Below the pieces are notes generated by a model. It did not search any database and was not told the DNA's origin. It saw only the letters and a list, made by a program, of their open reading frames with translations. A program made the position numbers and the translations under genes. A DNA stretch of 64,000 nucleotides from the NCBI RefSeq assembly GCF_006345805.1, contig NC_042997.1, forward strand, positions 9,052,001 through 9,116,000. The letters run 5' to 3'. Of this stretch, positions 38,493-52,721 are shown piece after piece. The DNA is from Octopus sinensis. Taxonomy: Eukaryota. Position 1 is the stretch's first letter; each line of letters begins with the position of its first letter.

Positions 38493-38808
38493 CCTTTTAG
38501 CATTCAATTTATTTTATCAAAGGTGAATAAATATACCTAATATATTTTTACTCTTTAAATTTATGTCATAGCTAAAAATAATAATTCGTATGAACAACTT
38601 CTGAGCATGTTAGTAGCATAAATATTTACATTGTTTTCAATTAATCATGCATTACGTTATTTTGTAAGGCCAAGATTCCGATGATGTGAGTGTATATTTT
38701 TAGAATGCCTCTGAATGGTGGGTGTAAGACATCAGATCTGACCAGTTTCAATATAAACAATTATGTAGAACATCTGTACTGGATATAGCTGACTTAAATC
38801 CAAAAAGG
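38493..38808 (+). mobile_element. piggyBac-like MITE
   Basis: TTAA-CCTTTTAGCATTC ... AAAAGG-TTAA. Confidence 0.7.
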
Positions 38809-38816
38809 TTAAAAAA

Positions 38817-38870
<54 letters not shown>

Positions 38871-39045
38871 CCCCGTGATCACCGGCTATCAGATGTTGCT
38901 ACACATCGCTGGTCACAATGTACTTCACATTGTTTTAGCCTTGAAATGATGCCACCCCACTGGCTAAGCGAGCAGGCCAACAGAAGAAAGAGTGAGAGAA
39001 AGTTGTTTGTAGTATTTTGCTGCACTTCCCTCATGATCACTTGTG

Positions 39046-39504
39046 CTAAACATTGTTATAGATGATCCATTTTTCATCCTCTGTCACCATTCTTTTCAAA
39101 AACGAAATGTTTTCTTCATGTGTCTGTAATGAATTGCAGATGGAAATCTGTTGGGTAATGTTCACTTTATTCAACTGATGTGGGACCCTAACATTGAGCT
39201 TGTTGACATAAATAAGTTGATGCAGATGGTTTCCAGTACTCAGTTTGGATATCTGAGGAATGTCTGCGACTATCTTGATCCTATAATGAAGGTTGGTGTT
39301 GCTATTAGTCTCAGTTGGCCGGTCAGAGCAAGGTGCACTTGAATTAGAAAACTTCATAATTGATTTTCTGTCACAGCATCCTCTCTGTACTAGATGCATT
39401 TCTTCTTGCAGGTTTCCACCACTTTCTTGCCTTTTTTTAAAAATATGAACGTGAAGTTGATAAGGTTCATTTTGGCTCTCCATTTTCAGGGTGATCATAA
39501 GCAC
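39046..39504 (-). mobile_element. mariner transposase N-terminal remnant
   Basis: LHQLIYVNKLNVRVPHQL (WVPHxL motif) and KRMVTEDEKWIIYNN (first-D motif). Confidence 0.8.
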
Positions 39505-39655
39505 ATAAAATACAACCTGTCTTGCTGCAAGTTTGCAGCGAACTACATTGAAGTGTCAAGTAAGCAACGAGTGTGCATGCACAAGAGACAGACTAAAGTT
39601 AACTTCTTATTAAAGTATTTAAATCTTAGTGTTGACAAGAACTGGATGGAGTTTT

Positions 39656-39817
39656 TAATCAAAGCAATATCTATATCTATATATATATATATATATATAT
39701 ATATGCATATACATACATGTATACATGCATGCATATACACACACACATACACACATGGTCATGTGTGTGTGTAATGAAAAGGAAAGTTTAAAATGTACTT
39801 TAAGAAAATATATTTAT
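39656..39817 (-). repeat. Inverted partner of 34752-34911
   Basis: See 34752-34911. Confidence 0.9.
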
Positions 39818-40714
39818 AGTAATGTAAAGATGTCATAATATTTATGATTTTCAGAAGGAATGAAATTCAGAGAGTCCTGGGGCTACATTGTATTTGTATG
39901 GGTTGAATTTTTAGTGGATTTTATCACAAAAAAAAATAACGTGACAGTTTTTCCTGAATTTTTAGTGGATTTTATCACAAAATAATATTGTGACAGTTTT
40001 TCCTTTTTTTTTTTTTTCATCAATGATTTTATTAAAGATTTCCAAACGAGATATTATGTTTTCAAATTTTAGGCATTTTGGGACTTCAGTTGGTTTATCA
40101 TGCCGACATCTAAAGATCAGTTAGGTGTTCAGATCAAAGTGAGCTTTAGTCGATCTTTTGATGACATCAATACTTAGTTTAGAAGTTCTCTCATTTTTTT
40201 TTATCAAAGCATTTTATCAATGCTTTCTGAATAATCCCTTCAGGTTCTAACTTTTGTCAGATATCTGCAACATGCCTGTACAATATGTTGCTATAGCTTA
40301 TTAAGTCATGGTTTGTATGTTTTTATAAACATATTTTCTTTACTTTCCATATTAGACCTGTAATTATGACAGAGTAAAAATAAAATGGAAGATTAGGACT
40401 TTGGCGGATTTTCTTTGTTGCACATTTGTCTGCATTTGCTTAAAGGCATCTGTCTAGTATTAAAATATCATATTTGCTGCCAATCATTAGTGAGTCTGAT
40501 TGTCATATCTTTCTTGTCAGTTTTGTTATAACCATTATGTTCAAACTGCATAAATTAAATTTTTTTGATGAACAAGTGAAGTGATTTTTTATACTGAAGG
40601 TATGTCCTGATTTGAATTTACAAAATGTGACTTCTATAATGTTCATGCAGCTACAACAGTTGTGACAACCACACTTTTTTATTATTGGAGATATATTTTT
40701 AGTAAATAATTCAT

Positions 40715-41125
40715 CATCCTCATCATCATCCTCATCATCATCCTCATCATCATCATCATTTAACGTCCGCTTTCCATGCTAGCATGGGTTGGACGATTTG
40801 ACTGAGGGTTGGCGAACCAGATGGCTGCACCGGGCTCCAATCTTGATCTGGCAGAGTTTCTACAGCTGGATGCCCTTCCTAATACCAACCACTCCGAGAG
40901 TGCAGTGGGTGCTTTTACATGCCACCAGCATGGGGGCCAGTCAAGCGGTACTGGCAACGACCTCATTTGAAACTTTTTACACATGCCACCAACACAGGTG
41001 CCAGTAAGGCGATGCTGGTAATGATTATGCTCGAATGGTGCCTTTTACATGCCACCGGCATGGAAGCCAGTTAGCCACTCTGACAACGATCACGCTCGGA
41101 TGGTGCTCTTAGCACCCTACTAGCA
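40715..41125 (-). mobile_element. RTE 3'-tail fragment with subrepeat ladder
   Basis: (CAT)n-TTTAACGTCCGC...GATGCCCTTCC...TTTTACATGCCACC repeats. Confidence 0.8.
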
Positions 41126-41893
41126 CGGGGATTCAAATATACAATGATAGATGTGTATATACATATATCTATGTGCATGCAGGAGTGTGTGTCTGTGTGA
41201 GTATGTGTGTGTATGGGTAGTGTATATAAAAAAGATTTTCATCAATTTATATAATGTAGTAGGTATGTATTATGAGTACTCAATTTGGTTTACTACTAAA
41301 ACTGGGCTTGTTCATGATCTGTTTTAATACATGCATATGTATATTTGTGTATATCATATGTATGCACTCACACACATACATGTGAATGTATATATTTCAT
41401 ATCCTAATACCTGTTTAACATCAACATTTTTTGTGATTGCATGAGCCAGATACAACTCATTTAGGAAGATTTTTCTATAGCCATATGCCCTTTCTATCAC
41501 CTTCTCTTAACTGCTTCAAAGCTAGGTAATATTTTCCCTTTATGAAATTCCCTTGCAAGACTTCGGTCGGCCTGGAGTTATTGTAGAAGAAACTTGCACA
41601 AGATGCTGTACAGTGCAACTGAACTCTAAACCACATGGTTGCAAACAAAGTTTCACACACCTCTGTCCAGTAAGGCATCATCGTCAAGAACATCCACAAC
41701 AAGAACAACAAAATCAATGGCATGTCATGGTATAAGTGATAAAGTTGGAATATATATTTATATGTGTGCATTTATATAAGTATTTGTGTGTATGTGTGTT
41801 TTTACATATAATCCCAATTATATCCAAACATGCACATGTATACTCAAGCACACACACACACTCATACACACATATGTGTACATACATACATAC

Positions 41894-41925
<32 letters not shown>

Positions 41926-41953
41926 GTATATATGCATGTGTGTGTGAATGTGT

Positions 41954-41994
<41 letters not shown>

Positions 41995-42439
41995 CGTGTA
42001 TGACTAGTTTATGAAGCACAATAACAAATCTATTGATCCAAGCAATAACAAGGTAAATAGAATTTTAGCCAAAAGTGATGTAGGGCATTTCATTGATGCT
42101 AACTTAAAAGAAATGAGAACTTCTGAATTTGACAAACTACTCCAAGATATTTTCAACAGATCTTTTATGCATGAAAGTTTTTCTTATTTGATAAGAACTT
42201 TTTGTTTGAAGTAGTGGCATCTAGTAAATAGATTGTAGATAGGTATATTCTCGGACAATTCTCTGTATCTGAAATCACTTTCTGCCAAATGTCTGATCAG
42301 TTGATTCTTTGAGGAAATATTGAAGAAATAGACAATATTTGTGGATAGATTTTTTTTTATCTCGTCTGTCATAATTATTTACATACTGTTCATAAAATAT
42401 TGTGTACTTGGTTTCTTTTCTCATGCATTTATTTCAATG

Positions 42440-44090
42440 CTTTAGTCAAGAGAAAGAGGCTGTGCCCACGAACCTTCCCAAAGTAGCCCTCCAAAAGTGA
42501 TGATGTTGATATACATCTTATATATCTGTAAAACTATTACAGCTGACAAAATGTTGGCAAGGACAGAATTATAGAAGATTGCAATAATTGAGAGGAAGTA
42601 TTTCGAGAAAAGATGTAGGACCTTCTAAGTAGAGGAACAATGTGGATGTATGATGAGAGGAAAGAAGAAAAGTGTGGAGAATGAGTTTGGAGGAGTTGTT
42701 ACACAACCTGCTAACTGCAAAGAGCAAAAAAAAAAGTGATATAAAAGTCAGAGTATGAAAACTGTACATCTGTGGGTTAGCAGTCGAAATTTATGGATGA
42801 GTGACTTGTAGTCAATCACTCAGAATTTGTGCATTTTAGAATGTTCATATATGTACTGTCACAGATGTGAGAGCAGTATTTCCACGTGGTTCTCACTTGA
42901 ACTTTGTAAAAAGTCAGCAACTACAGAGATCTGTAGGATTTTCTGGCTCGTCAAAAGAACATTAGTCTCTGAGATGCATTTTTCCCCCCATAATGTGAAT
43001 ATGAGATCTCCTTTTGCCTTTATGGTAATTCTGATAATTTTGTGTTTTAAGCTCTGTGTTGTCTATGACCAAGAATGGGTGAAATACAAGATATCCCATT
43101 TCTATTGATTGTATCTTTGTGCTGCTACTAAGGAGACAGTGGAGAACTTTAGTGATATCTCTTCATGGAAGGCATGCAATTTTGTTGTGAAGTGTTTAGG
43201 ATGGTGCTTCTGTATAGAGGAATGAAAGGCAGTAGCACTTGCACAAGACTGTGTATTATTAGACATGACTGTTAAAAGGCTGCTGATACACAGCACAAAA
43301 AGTGTAGAGCATTAAATGTAATGTTAGAGCATATCAGAGTTGGTGGAATGATCTAATAGACAGCTTTCAATCTAATAGACAAAAGATAGATGCAGGCCAG
43401 TGTCTGAGGCTTGGCTAAGAGATCCACTTGTCATATACAGTGAAATGATATTAGATATAATGCCAAATTTCTCGAGGTTGAATGACATAAGGTCTACAAT
43501 AAATCTAGTTTTATGGAAGCCAAAATAATGGTTACTGAGGAGGAAGGGAGACATAAGAAGGTGATTGTTAACAACTTTGGGATTGAAAGCAGTGGATTGA
43601 TAGATGGTAGGATCAAAGAGATCAACACTCTTGAGAATGGGACACACTGAAGCATCTTTCCAAAATTAAGGGTAGAGGCTTATGGAGAAAGATATTTTGA
43701 AGAGTTTGTTAAGGAAATTTCTTGGATACATTGCATCAATGTATTAGAATGGATACAATTATGGCTAGTGTTATTGTTTGTTTGAAGTTACCTGACTTGC
43801 TTTCATCTTGGCATATATGGGGAAATTCCTAGCAATGTGAGGTAGGAAAGATTGAGAAGACTCTTGCCTAGTGTGTACAGTGTGGAGCTAAATGCAAATC
43901 AAACATCAGTTTCAAAGGCATTTCCATGGAGTACTGCTTACAAAGTCATTACGAAGTGAAGGCTAAGAGGATTATGCAGAGACGGAAGAAATAGTTTTGG
44001 CAATGAACTAAAATAGCAGGTTGGATTTTAGAAGATGGCTCAAGTTGCAGTCTGTGTAATGCATGAAATAAATCCATTAAGCTTTATATT
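42440..44090 (-). mobile_element. Old, decayed non-LTR retrotransposon RT region (CR1/Jockey/I group)
   Basis: Minus-strand LFKISFS...WKDASVCPILKSVDLFDP..Y...KV resembles the WKxAxVxPIxK...DPxNYRPI region; many stops. Confidence 0.5.
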
Positions 44091-44191
44091 GTCTTGTAGG
44101 AGGTGAAAGGTAAAAATAAAACTTTTCATTCAATGCATGAATAGAAGCTTACTTTGGGGATTTTGCATTATGTTTTTGTTGTGAGATGGAT

Positions 44192-44592
44192 ACTCTTTTA
44201 CTCTTTTACTCTTTTACTTGTTTCAGTCATTTGACTGCGGCCATGCTGGAGCACCGCCTTTAATCGAGCAACTCGACCCCAGAACTTATTCTTTTGTAAG
44301 CCCAGTACTTATTCTATCGGTCTCTTTTGCCGAACCGCTAAGTGACGGGGACATAAACACACCAGCATCGGTTGTCAAACAAGCACACAAACACACACAT
44401 GCATACATATATATATATACAGATATATACGACGGGCTTCTTTCAGTTTCCGTCTACCAAATCCACTCACAAGGCTTTGGTCGGCCCGAGGCTATAGTAG
44501 AAGACACTTGCCCAAGGTGACACGCAGTGGGACTGAACCCGGAACCATGTGGTTGGTAGACAGGCTACTTACCACACAGCCACTCCTGCGCC
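44192..44592 (-). mobile_element. SINE family A, full length
   Basis: Reverse complement of the SINE A consensus seen elsewhere in the window. Confidence 0.9.
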
Positions 44593-44710
44593 TATGTTGA
44601 GGAACATACCTAAGAGGATAGTTTTATTCACCAATTAACTCTCTCCAATAGGTAAGAAGTGAAGCACAAGCAGTTATGAATAGATTAAAACTAGTAGAGC
44701 TCTGACTAGA

Positions 44711-45187
44711 CATCATCATCATCATCATCATCGTTTAACGTCCGTTCTCCATGCTAGCATGGGTTGGACAGTTCGACCGGGGATCTAGGAAGCCAGAAGG
44801 CTGCACCAGGCTCCAGTCTTATCTGGCAATGTTTCTACAGCTGGATGCCCTTCCTAACGCCAACCACTCCGTGAGTGTAGTGGGTGCTTTTTACGTGCCA
44901 CCTGCACAGGTGCCAGGCGAGGCTGGCAAGGGCCACGGTCGGATTGGTGTATTTTACGTGCCACCGGCACGGAAGCCAGTCGAGGCGGCGCTGGCATTGG
45001 CCACGAGTCGGATAGTGCTTTTTACGTACCACCAGACATGGGATCCTGGCTGGTTCAATTCGATTTTGATTTCGATTTCGCTTGCCCCAACATTTTGCTT
45101 GCCTGTCGTCGGATGAGGTTCTATATCGACTTCGCTTGCCTCAACAGGTCTTTGTGTCCAAGGGAGGAAAGGCATACATAGGTGGGC
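44711..45187 (-). mobile_element. RTE copy 3: 3' UTR only, with one repeat unit
   Basis: Colinear with 29550-30356 and 55268-56330. Confidence 0.9.
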
Positions 45188-47038
45188 AATGTCCAGAGAG
45201 TAAGAGCATTGATTTGTAGAGGTAAAAGTAACAGGCAAAATACATCTTGTTTAGTTAAATTCATTAGTTTAACAACTATAAGTTCATGAAATATTTGTAA
45301 ATTTTACAATTCTATCACTATTGCAACAATGAGATGCACTTCACCATTGAACCTAATATTCAGTCAGAAACGTGGGCTGTTGAGAATCAAACGAATCACA
45401 TAATTGTAACGGTTCTAATGAGCAAAAATGGAATCACTACAACTCACACTTTAAGCTAAACCAACACCCATCAAATTTACTGGTCTTGATATATAAATTC
45501 TATATGAATGTTAGAACTTGTATTAAAAGAGTTGTTGGGAATCAAGACCAGTAAAAAATTGATTGCCTGCTTTTACCTTTTCAGGTAGAAGATTTGTTTA
45601 TTGATGTTCATTTGAAAACTTTTGATAAGTAATAATTCGATAATTAGGTACAGTTAATCTGTTATTTTCTCAATGATTGTTGTGATATGTTGACAATTTT
45701 CTAATTTACAGCAATAAATTTATATGTGTGTGTGTGTGAGTGAGTGTGTGTAATCAAAATAAACAACAAGGATATCCAGAGGTAATGCAGTACGACCGTT
45801 TCATGCGACTCCATTTAATTGAACAATGCAAACATTACATCAATTTAAAATGTAAACCAATCTTCAGCTGCATAAAAATATAGAATTTAGTTAAATTCGA
45901 AGGATTCATTTGTATAGTTTTCTTTTTATCCAAAGCCACAAAGAGGATAAGTAGATAGACAAAGAACATGTTTTATCAACAACATCACAGTTGTAACCGA
46001 GATTTTTTCAATATATATATATATATATGTTAACAGGTATTATATGAGGAGGCTTGGGAGTTTATTTTGTTAACCAGAAGACATAGCATATATAATAGGG
46101 AGTTTGGAACTGCTATGACTTGTATTCTAGACTCTCTCAAGCCTGGTTATCAGAGAAAGTATGGTAACATTAGTGGATTTTTTCATGTTTTGCTAGTAAA
46201 ATATGCATAAGAAAGTTTTGTCCTCACATACTCAGTATTCTGCCTCCATTTGAAGATATTTCTCAAAATATGTAAATCCATTTTCTTAAAAAAAGTTTAT
46301 AACATTAGTAGACATTGAGTTCTTTAATGTAATTTAAGATTTTTAGTAGTTAAATTAATATGTTAGTGACTAAAATTAGCTTCAATCAAGATATTGCTTT
46401 CATTAAGATATTAAATTAATGAAGTAGTCATTTTACAATTATTTTTATCTGCAAGGGCTGTTGACACAATAGAAATATTTCAAATATATAATTTCTCACT
46501 GGTAAATATTTCACATACTTCATACACATACATCATTATGTTTTTATATATGCACACCTAAATATTAATCTATTAATCTATTAACAAATTAAGATATATA
46601 ACACCTATTGATTAACTATCATTTTCACTTGCAGTACTATCCACAGACATATTTACATACCTCAGCACATAATAAAAACAAAAGCAAAAAAAAAAAAAAT
46701 AAGAAAATTTAAAAATAGGGTACATTTTCATCAGCTCATCTCCTGTGATTGCTTTCTGCCAGAATAACAGTCATTTTAGATATGGTAAAATGCCAGAAGC
46801 CAACAACTAATAGAATTATATACAAATTTATAGCATTATTGTTCATAACCCAAATCTACTAATTGACTAATTCAAAACATTTTAGATCTTCTTAAAGAGA
46901 AGAAAAAGAAAATGCAGAAACATTCTTGCAATCAAAAGTAATGTTCTTCCTATTTCTTCTTATTTCTTCTGTCTGTTCTTTCCACCCTCTCCTTTCCATT
47001 TATTTTCTTATACTTCATTTCACGATTTTCTTTTTGTA

Positions 47039-47039
<1 letters not shown>

Positions 47040-47112
<73 letters not shown>

Positions 47113-47335
47113 TAGAGAGGGGGAGGGAGACTTATGGTATTCATTTTCTTCAATTTCTTCAAATTCTTTCTGCTGCATACTCATGCTCACCATTTTCACC
47201 ATCAATAATAATTTCTTCTTCTTCTTCTTCTTCTTCTTCTTCTTCTTCTTCTTCTTCTTCTCTTCTTCTTCTTCTTCTTCTTCTTCTTCCTCATGTCTTC
47301 TACTTCCTCCTCCTTCTCTACTTCTTTTTCTCCTT
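47040..47335. repeat. (GT)n(GA)n and (TTC)n microsatellites
   Basis: Directly visible. Confidence 0.95.
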
Positions 47336-47674
47336 TACCTAACTAACTAACTAAACCACAGCTGTGGCTATAAAAGTGAATATTCAAAAGTGATATAGAA
47401 CTACCAGTTTACAGACACAAAATTAAACGGTGTTTCACCAACTTTCTTGAGTTGCTTTTGTTGTTGCTCTTTAGCTCTGGGACAATCCTGATCAAACAGA
47501 CCTCTAACCAAAGGCATTATGATTATAACCATCTCATATTTCAGAAGTTTATTCAACAAGTTATTCAACAAGTCTTCACGTCTCTGAAAAAGTTGGGTGT
47601 CACTTGAGAAATTTGGCCACAATTTTAACAAATTAAATGAACACTTGAAGATTCCTATGTTCTTGTATTTTTAA

Positions 47675-47894
47675 CCCTTTCATTACCGTATTTATTTTGA
47701 GATGCTCTGCATTTTTTTCAATTATTTTAAATATAACAAAGAATTTAGTAAATAACTTTGTTATCATTAAGCTAGTGTTGGGAACATAAATTGGGACTAA
47801 GGTTTGGTGGAAGATTTTAATTCAAAACTTATGAAAACAAGACATTTGTACTACAGAGCCAGAGCCAGTTTCAGCCGGGTTGGTAGTGAAAGGG
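47675..47894. mobile_element. piggyBac-like MITE, 220 bp
   Basis: TTAA (47671-74), CCCTTTCATTACC ... GGTAGTGAAAGGG, TTAA (47895-98); 12/13 TIR match. Confidence 0.85.
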
Positions 47895-48174
47895 TTAAGA
47901 AGTGCACTAATTCTACTAACCAGGATTGATGTTGTTGTTTAGGATCATGCAATACATTGTTTTAAAGTGTTATATAGCTTCAGGTATGGCTGGCATCATA
48001 CCTGAAAAGATGTTTTCTATAGATGCATGCTTCATAACTATATGGTTCTCAGTTCAGTGCCGCTGCATGACATCTTGGATTGACTAATGCTTTGTGAGTG
48101 CAGACAGAAATTATGTGGAAGCTCATTGTGCATATGTATATGTCATTATCATCATTTAATGTCCATGTTCCATG

Positions 48175-48605
48175 CTTTCCTACTCTAGGTACAAGGCCCG
48201 AAATTTTAGGAGAGGGGGCCAGTCAATTAGATCGACTCCAGTGCACAACTGGTACTTAATTTATCAATCCCGAAAGAATGAAATGCAAAGTCAACCTCAG
48301 CAGAATTTGAACTCAGAACGTAAGGACAGATGAAATACTGCTAAGCATTTCACCTGGAATGCTAACATTTCTTATTTTTTTATTGCCCACAAGGAGCTAA
48401 ACACAGAGGGGACAAACAAGAACAGACAAAGGGATTAAGTCGATTACATCAACCGCAATATGTAACTGGTACTTAACTTTATCGACCCGAAAGGATGAGA
48501 GGCAAAGTCAACCTCGGCAGAATTTGAACTCAGAATGTAATGGCAAACGAAATACCGCTAAGCATTTCGCCCACTGTGCTAACATTTCTGCCAGCTCGCC
48601 ACCTT
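48175..48605 (-). mobile_element. Two tandem SINE B copies
   Basis: Two successive GATGAAAGGCAAAGTCAACCTC...GAATTTGAACTCAG blocks. Confidence 0.8.
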
Positions 48606-49287
48606 TCCATGTTCATGGGTAGGATGGTTTGACAAGGATCTGATGAGTCCAAGGAGTGCATTGTACTTCAGTGTCTGGTTTGGCATGGTTTTTATCACTG
48701 GATGTCCTTTTTAATTCCAATCAATTTTGCAGTACGTATTGAAAGTTTTTTTCCATGCCGCCAGCACTATTCTGCTCACCATGTAGATTGCAAGGGAAAT
48801 AATTCAAGGAGGGAGAGTGTTGCATTTGTATGTTAGATGGAGGTTACAGTATGAAGGAAGAGGTTAGGATAGAGCAGATTTTTGTACAGGAGCCACATTG
48901 CTAACTGCGTTTAGGAGAGAGAACACACACACACACAAATGCGGTATTGGTCAGCCTAATGATATGGGTTGCCCAAGGTGCTATGCAGTGGTACTGAACT
49001 GAGGACCATATGGCTGTGAAGCAAACATCTTTACTATACAGTCGTGTGTGTGTGTGTGTGCATCTGTGTATTTGTCTCTTGCCACTTGAAAACCAGTGTT
49101 GATTTGTTTTTATCCCCATAACTTAGTGGTTTTTGCCAAAAGAGAGACTGACAGAATAAATACCAAACTTTAAAAAATATATTGGTGTCAATTTGATTCA
49201 CCAAATTCTTCAAGGTAGTATCCCAACATACCTGTAATAAAATGACAGAAATACATAGAAGATTGAAAAAATGAAATATTGCTCAAA

Positions 49288-49540
49288 TGGTGCACATAAA
49301 AAGCACCATTTGAACATGGCTGCTGCCAGTGCCACCGGACTGGCCCTCGTGCCGGTGGCACGTAAAAGCACCCACTACACTCTCAGAGTGGTTGGCACTA
49401 TGAAGGGCATCCAGCTGTAGAAACTCTGCCAGATCAGATTGGAGTCTGGTGCAACCATCTGGTTTGCCAGACCTCAGTCAAATCGTCCAACCCATGCTAG
49501 CATGGGAAGCAGACGTTAAACGATGATGATGATGATGATG
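49288..49540 (+). mobile_element. RTE 3'-tail fragment
   Basis: GGCACGTAAAAGCACCCACTAC...(GAT)n. Confidence 0.85.
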
Positions 49541-50549
49541 AAAATATCATAAAACCATACATATTTATGCAATGGGTTTCTGTCTATCAAATCCACTCAA
49601 AAATCCTTGGTCATTCTGGAACTGTAGTAGAACAGATACCTGAGGTACCTTGCAAAGTAACTGAACCCAAAATCACATGACTGAGAAACAAACTTCTTAG
49701 CCACATAGCCAGTGCTGGTATTTACATTTCTAAATGTAGACTGTAGTCATTCCTAATTTCAGCACAAGTACACTATTTTTAATAAGGATAAGTGGATTTC
49801 ACCTCAAGTGCATGAGTAGCACTTAATTTTTTTTGATCCCAAAAGAATTAACTGTAATGTTAACATGCTTAGAATTTTGAAATCTCTGTTCTAAGTTCAA
49901 GCCCTACTGAGATCAACACTGCCTTTCATCTATTTCAGGTTGTTATAATAAAGCACCAATCATCAACAAGCATCAATGAAATAAACTAACCATCCCCTCC
50001 CTTCAGAATTGCTGCTCCATGACCCTAAATTACAAGCAATATTTACAATTTACTCTATGAATCACTATTCTTGCATATTCCGGTATTCAGTAAATTAGAT
50101 ATCTGAGATTATTTTCTTGGCGGATAGATTTAAACAATTATGTATCAGCGTTTATGCTTCTTTTTGTTTTATTGCAAAAATTGCTCATGATTGGCAACAA
50201 AAAGTAATCATTATTATTTTGTTTCTGCCTTCTGCTGTTTTTCATATCAAGAAAATGTTCCAACACGAAATGCAAATGCCTCACTGATATTTATGCACCA
50301 ACTGGCAAAAGTTGCATCAATTATCTACTTTCCATTTGAGTGTAAACTTCAATTACAGTTATGTTGAATTGCATATTACAGATTTTGTCATGCAAATACA
50401 CGTTGGGATAGATATTCAAGTGATAATCACAATAACAAATGTAGCAAAAGAAAAACATAAAGGACTAGGAAGAAAATAAATTAGAAAAGCAACAACATGG
50501 AAACGACCATATTGTCAAGGTAAACCAAGTGAACAACATCACCATATGT

Positions 50550-50763
50550 ATATATATGTAACAACATCACATATATATATATATATATATATATATGGTA
50601 GGAGGGCACGTCTGTGTTTGTGTGTGAGTGTACATATACACACATATATATCTATATATGACCATATATATATGAACATACACACATACATGAATGAGTG
50701 TATACATGTATTCATACAAGCATGAATGTATGTGTATGTATATGTATACACACATACAGAAAC

Positions 50764-50795
<32 letters not shown>

Positions 50796-50974
50796 TATAT
50801 ATAACATATATATACATATATACATATGTATATACATATACACACACACATATATATTTATATAGAGATATATATACATATATATACATATTTATTTATA
50901 TATATCTATATATATGGTATATACATATACATATACATATTTATTTATATATATATATATTTATATATATGTAT

Positions 50975-51019
<45 letters not shown>

Positions 51020-51233
51020 CTATATATATGTATGTTTGTATATATATATATATATATACAAACACACACATAATATATATATATATATGTGTGTCTGTGT
51101 GTGTGTGTGTGTGCATGTACGTATATGTATATGCATATATTTATGTTGCGCATGATGTATGACTATATATATATATACACATACTTTCATGTTTGTATGA
51201 ATACATACACATGTACATATATGTATGTAGGTG

Positions 51234-51270
<37 letters not shown>

Positions 51271-51432
51271 ATGTATACATATATATACATATTCACATAT
51301 CTATATATGCATATATATATTTACTCACACACATATATATGTATATATATATACATACTTATATACATTCATATATACATTCATGCACACATATATGTAT
51401 GTTTGTGTGTGTGCGTGTGTGTGTACACACAC
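50550..51432. repeat. Long (AT)-rich compound microsatellite
   Basis: Directly visible. Confidence 0.95.
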
Positions 51433-52513
51433 ATAGACAAGACCAAAAACTATAGCAGTAAGAATGATATCTAAAAAAAAATGGTAGAAATATTAGCTGT
51501 AGCAGTATTAGCAACAACAATGTTGTCAACAACCATTCTAGAAAAGAAATGATTGGTATAATATGAACAAGCCACCTTTACAACAGCCTCTGTCACCCTC
51601 TTCATACCATACATCTTTGGATACAGTCACACATATTAAGATGCACACACATATATAAACAAACAAACAAAACACTTATCAAAGCATATGTTATTGCATA
51701 TTTATATGTTCTTTGAACATATCCAATACCCAAGGTTAATTATAACAACCCAGTGAAAAATATTTACAAAAGCTAAAAGACAATGAGCTAATAACTACAA
51801 CGACAACAACAACAATAACAGTAATAATAATGATGATGATAATTTCTTTGTGACTGCCACAAAGAATAAAGAGACAATAAAAGGATAGGTTATGAAAAAA
51901 CTGTGCTTGCTTACATAGAAGCTAAGAGAATCAAAAGTGATTGTATAGATATGCACATGTATGATAAAGTCCCACAGGAGTTTTGCTTCCTAGAGCCAAT
52001 CATGGAAACTACATGTTCATGATTACTTTGGACTAACAAGAGTAAGTAATACTACTAGATATATGATAAGGAATATCAAAAATGCCTATATTATAACAAA
52101 TAGTTCTGGCAAAATGTTCTAAGAGATATAGTGACATAGCAATGTTGCTCTATATGAATCTAATTTCATCTGTTGCAAAAAGAACAAAAAAAATTGCTTT
52201 GTGGCATTCACATGAACAACCAGCTATTTCAGAAAATTACATTGAAAATATTTTGGAACTTTCACATCCTGGCTATCTGTCAGTTACACTGATAAGTGTA
52301 CCAGTTGATCCTATCAATGGAATAACCTGCTCAAGAAGTCAATGTACAAATGGCTGAGTTCTCCACAGACACAAGTGCCCTTAACGTAGTTCTCAGAGAG
52401 GTTAAGAATGGCACAGAGTGTAACACAGGTGGGGCTCTTTGAATTATAGGTACAAAATCCTTTTTGCCAGCTGAGTGGACTGGAGCAACTTGGAATAAAG
52501 TGCTTTGTTCAAA

Positions 52514-52680
52514 GATACAATGTGCCACCAGGAATCAAACTCACAGCTAAGTACCCTGCTCACTAAACCTTATGCTTTTCAAATAGAGACTATGAGATAC
52601 AATGTGCCACCAGGAATCAAACTCACAGTCAAGTACCCTGCTCACTAAACCTTATGCTTTTCACATAGAGACTATGAGAT
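52514..52680. repeat. 82-bp tandem duplication
   Basis: GATACAATGTGCCACCAGG...GACTATGA starts at 52514 and 52596. Confidence 0.9.
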
Positions 52681-52721
52681 AAGACATAATGAACAATGAC
52701 AAATGAGACAGTAGCATATTC

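Noticed and set aside
45786-45873. Minus-strand CTGAAGA ... GAAACGGTC, a possible sixth hammerhead
   Set aside because: Stem II does not pair and stem I is offset by 3 nt. It may be a decayed pLTR but cannot be supported as a ribozyme.
48640-48660. CTGATGA-GTCC-AA-GGAG resembling a classic hammerhead start
   Set aside because: No GAAA box or stem I/III follows; it lies in a diverged RTE-tail-like repeat.
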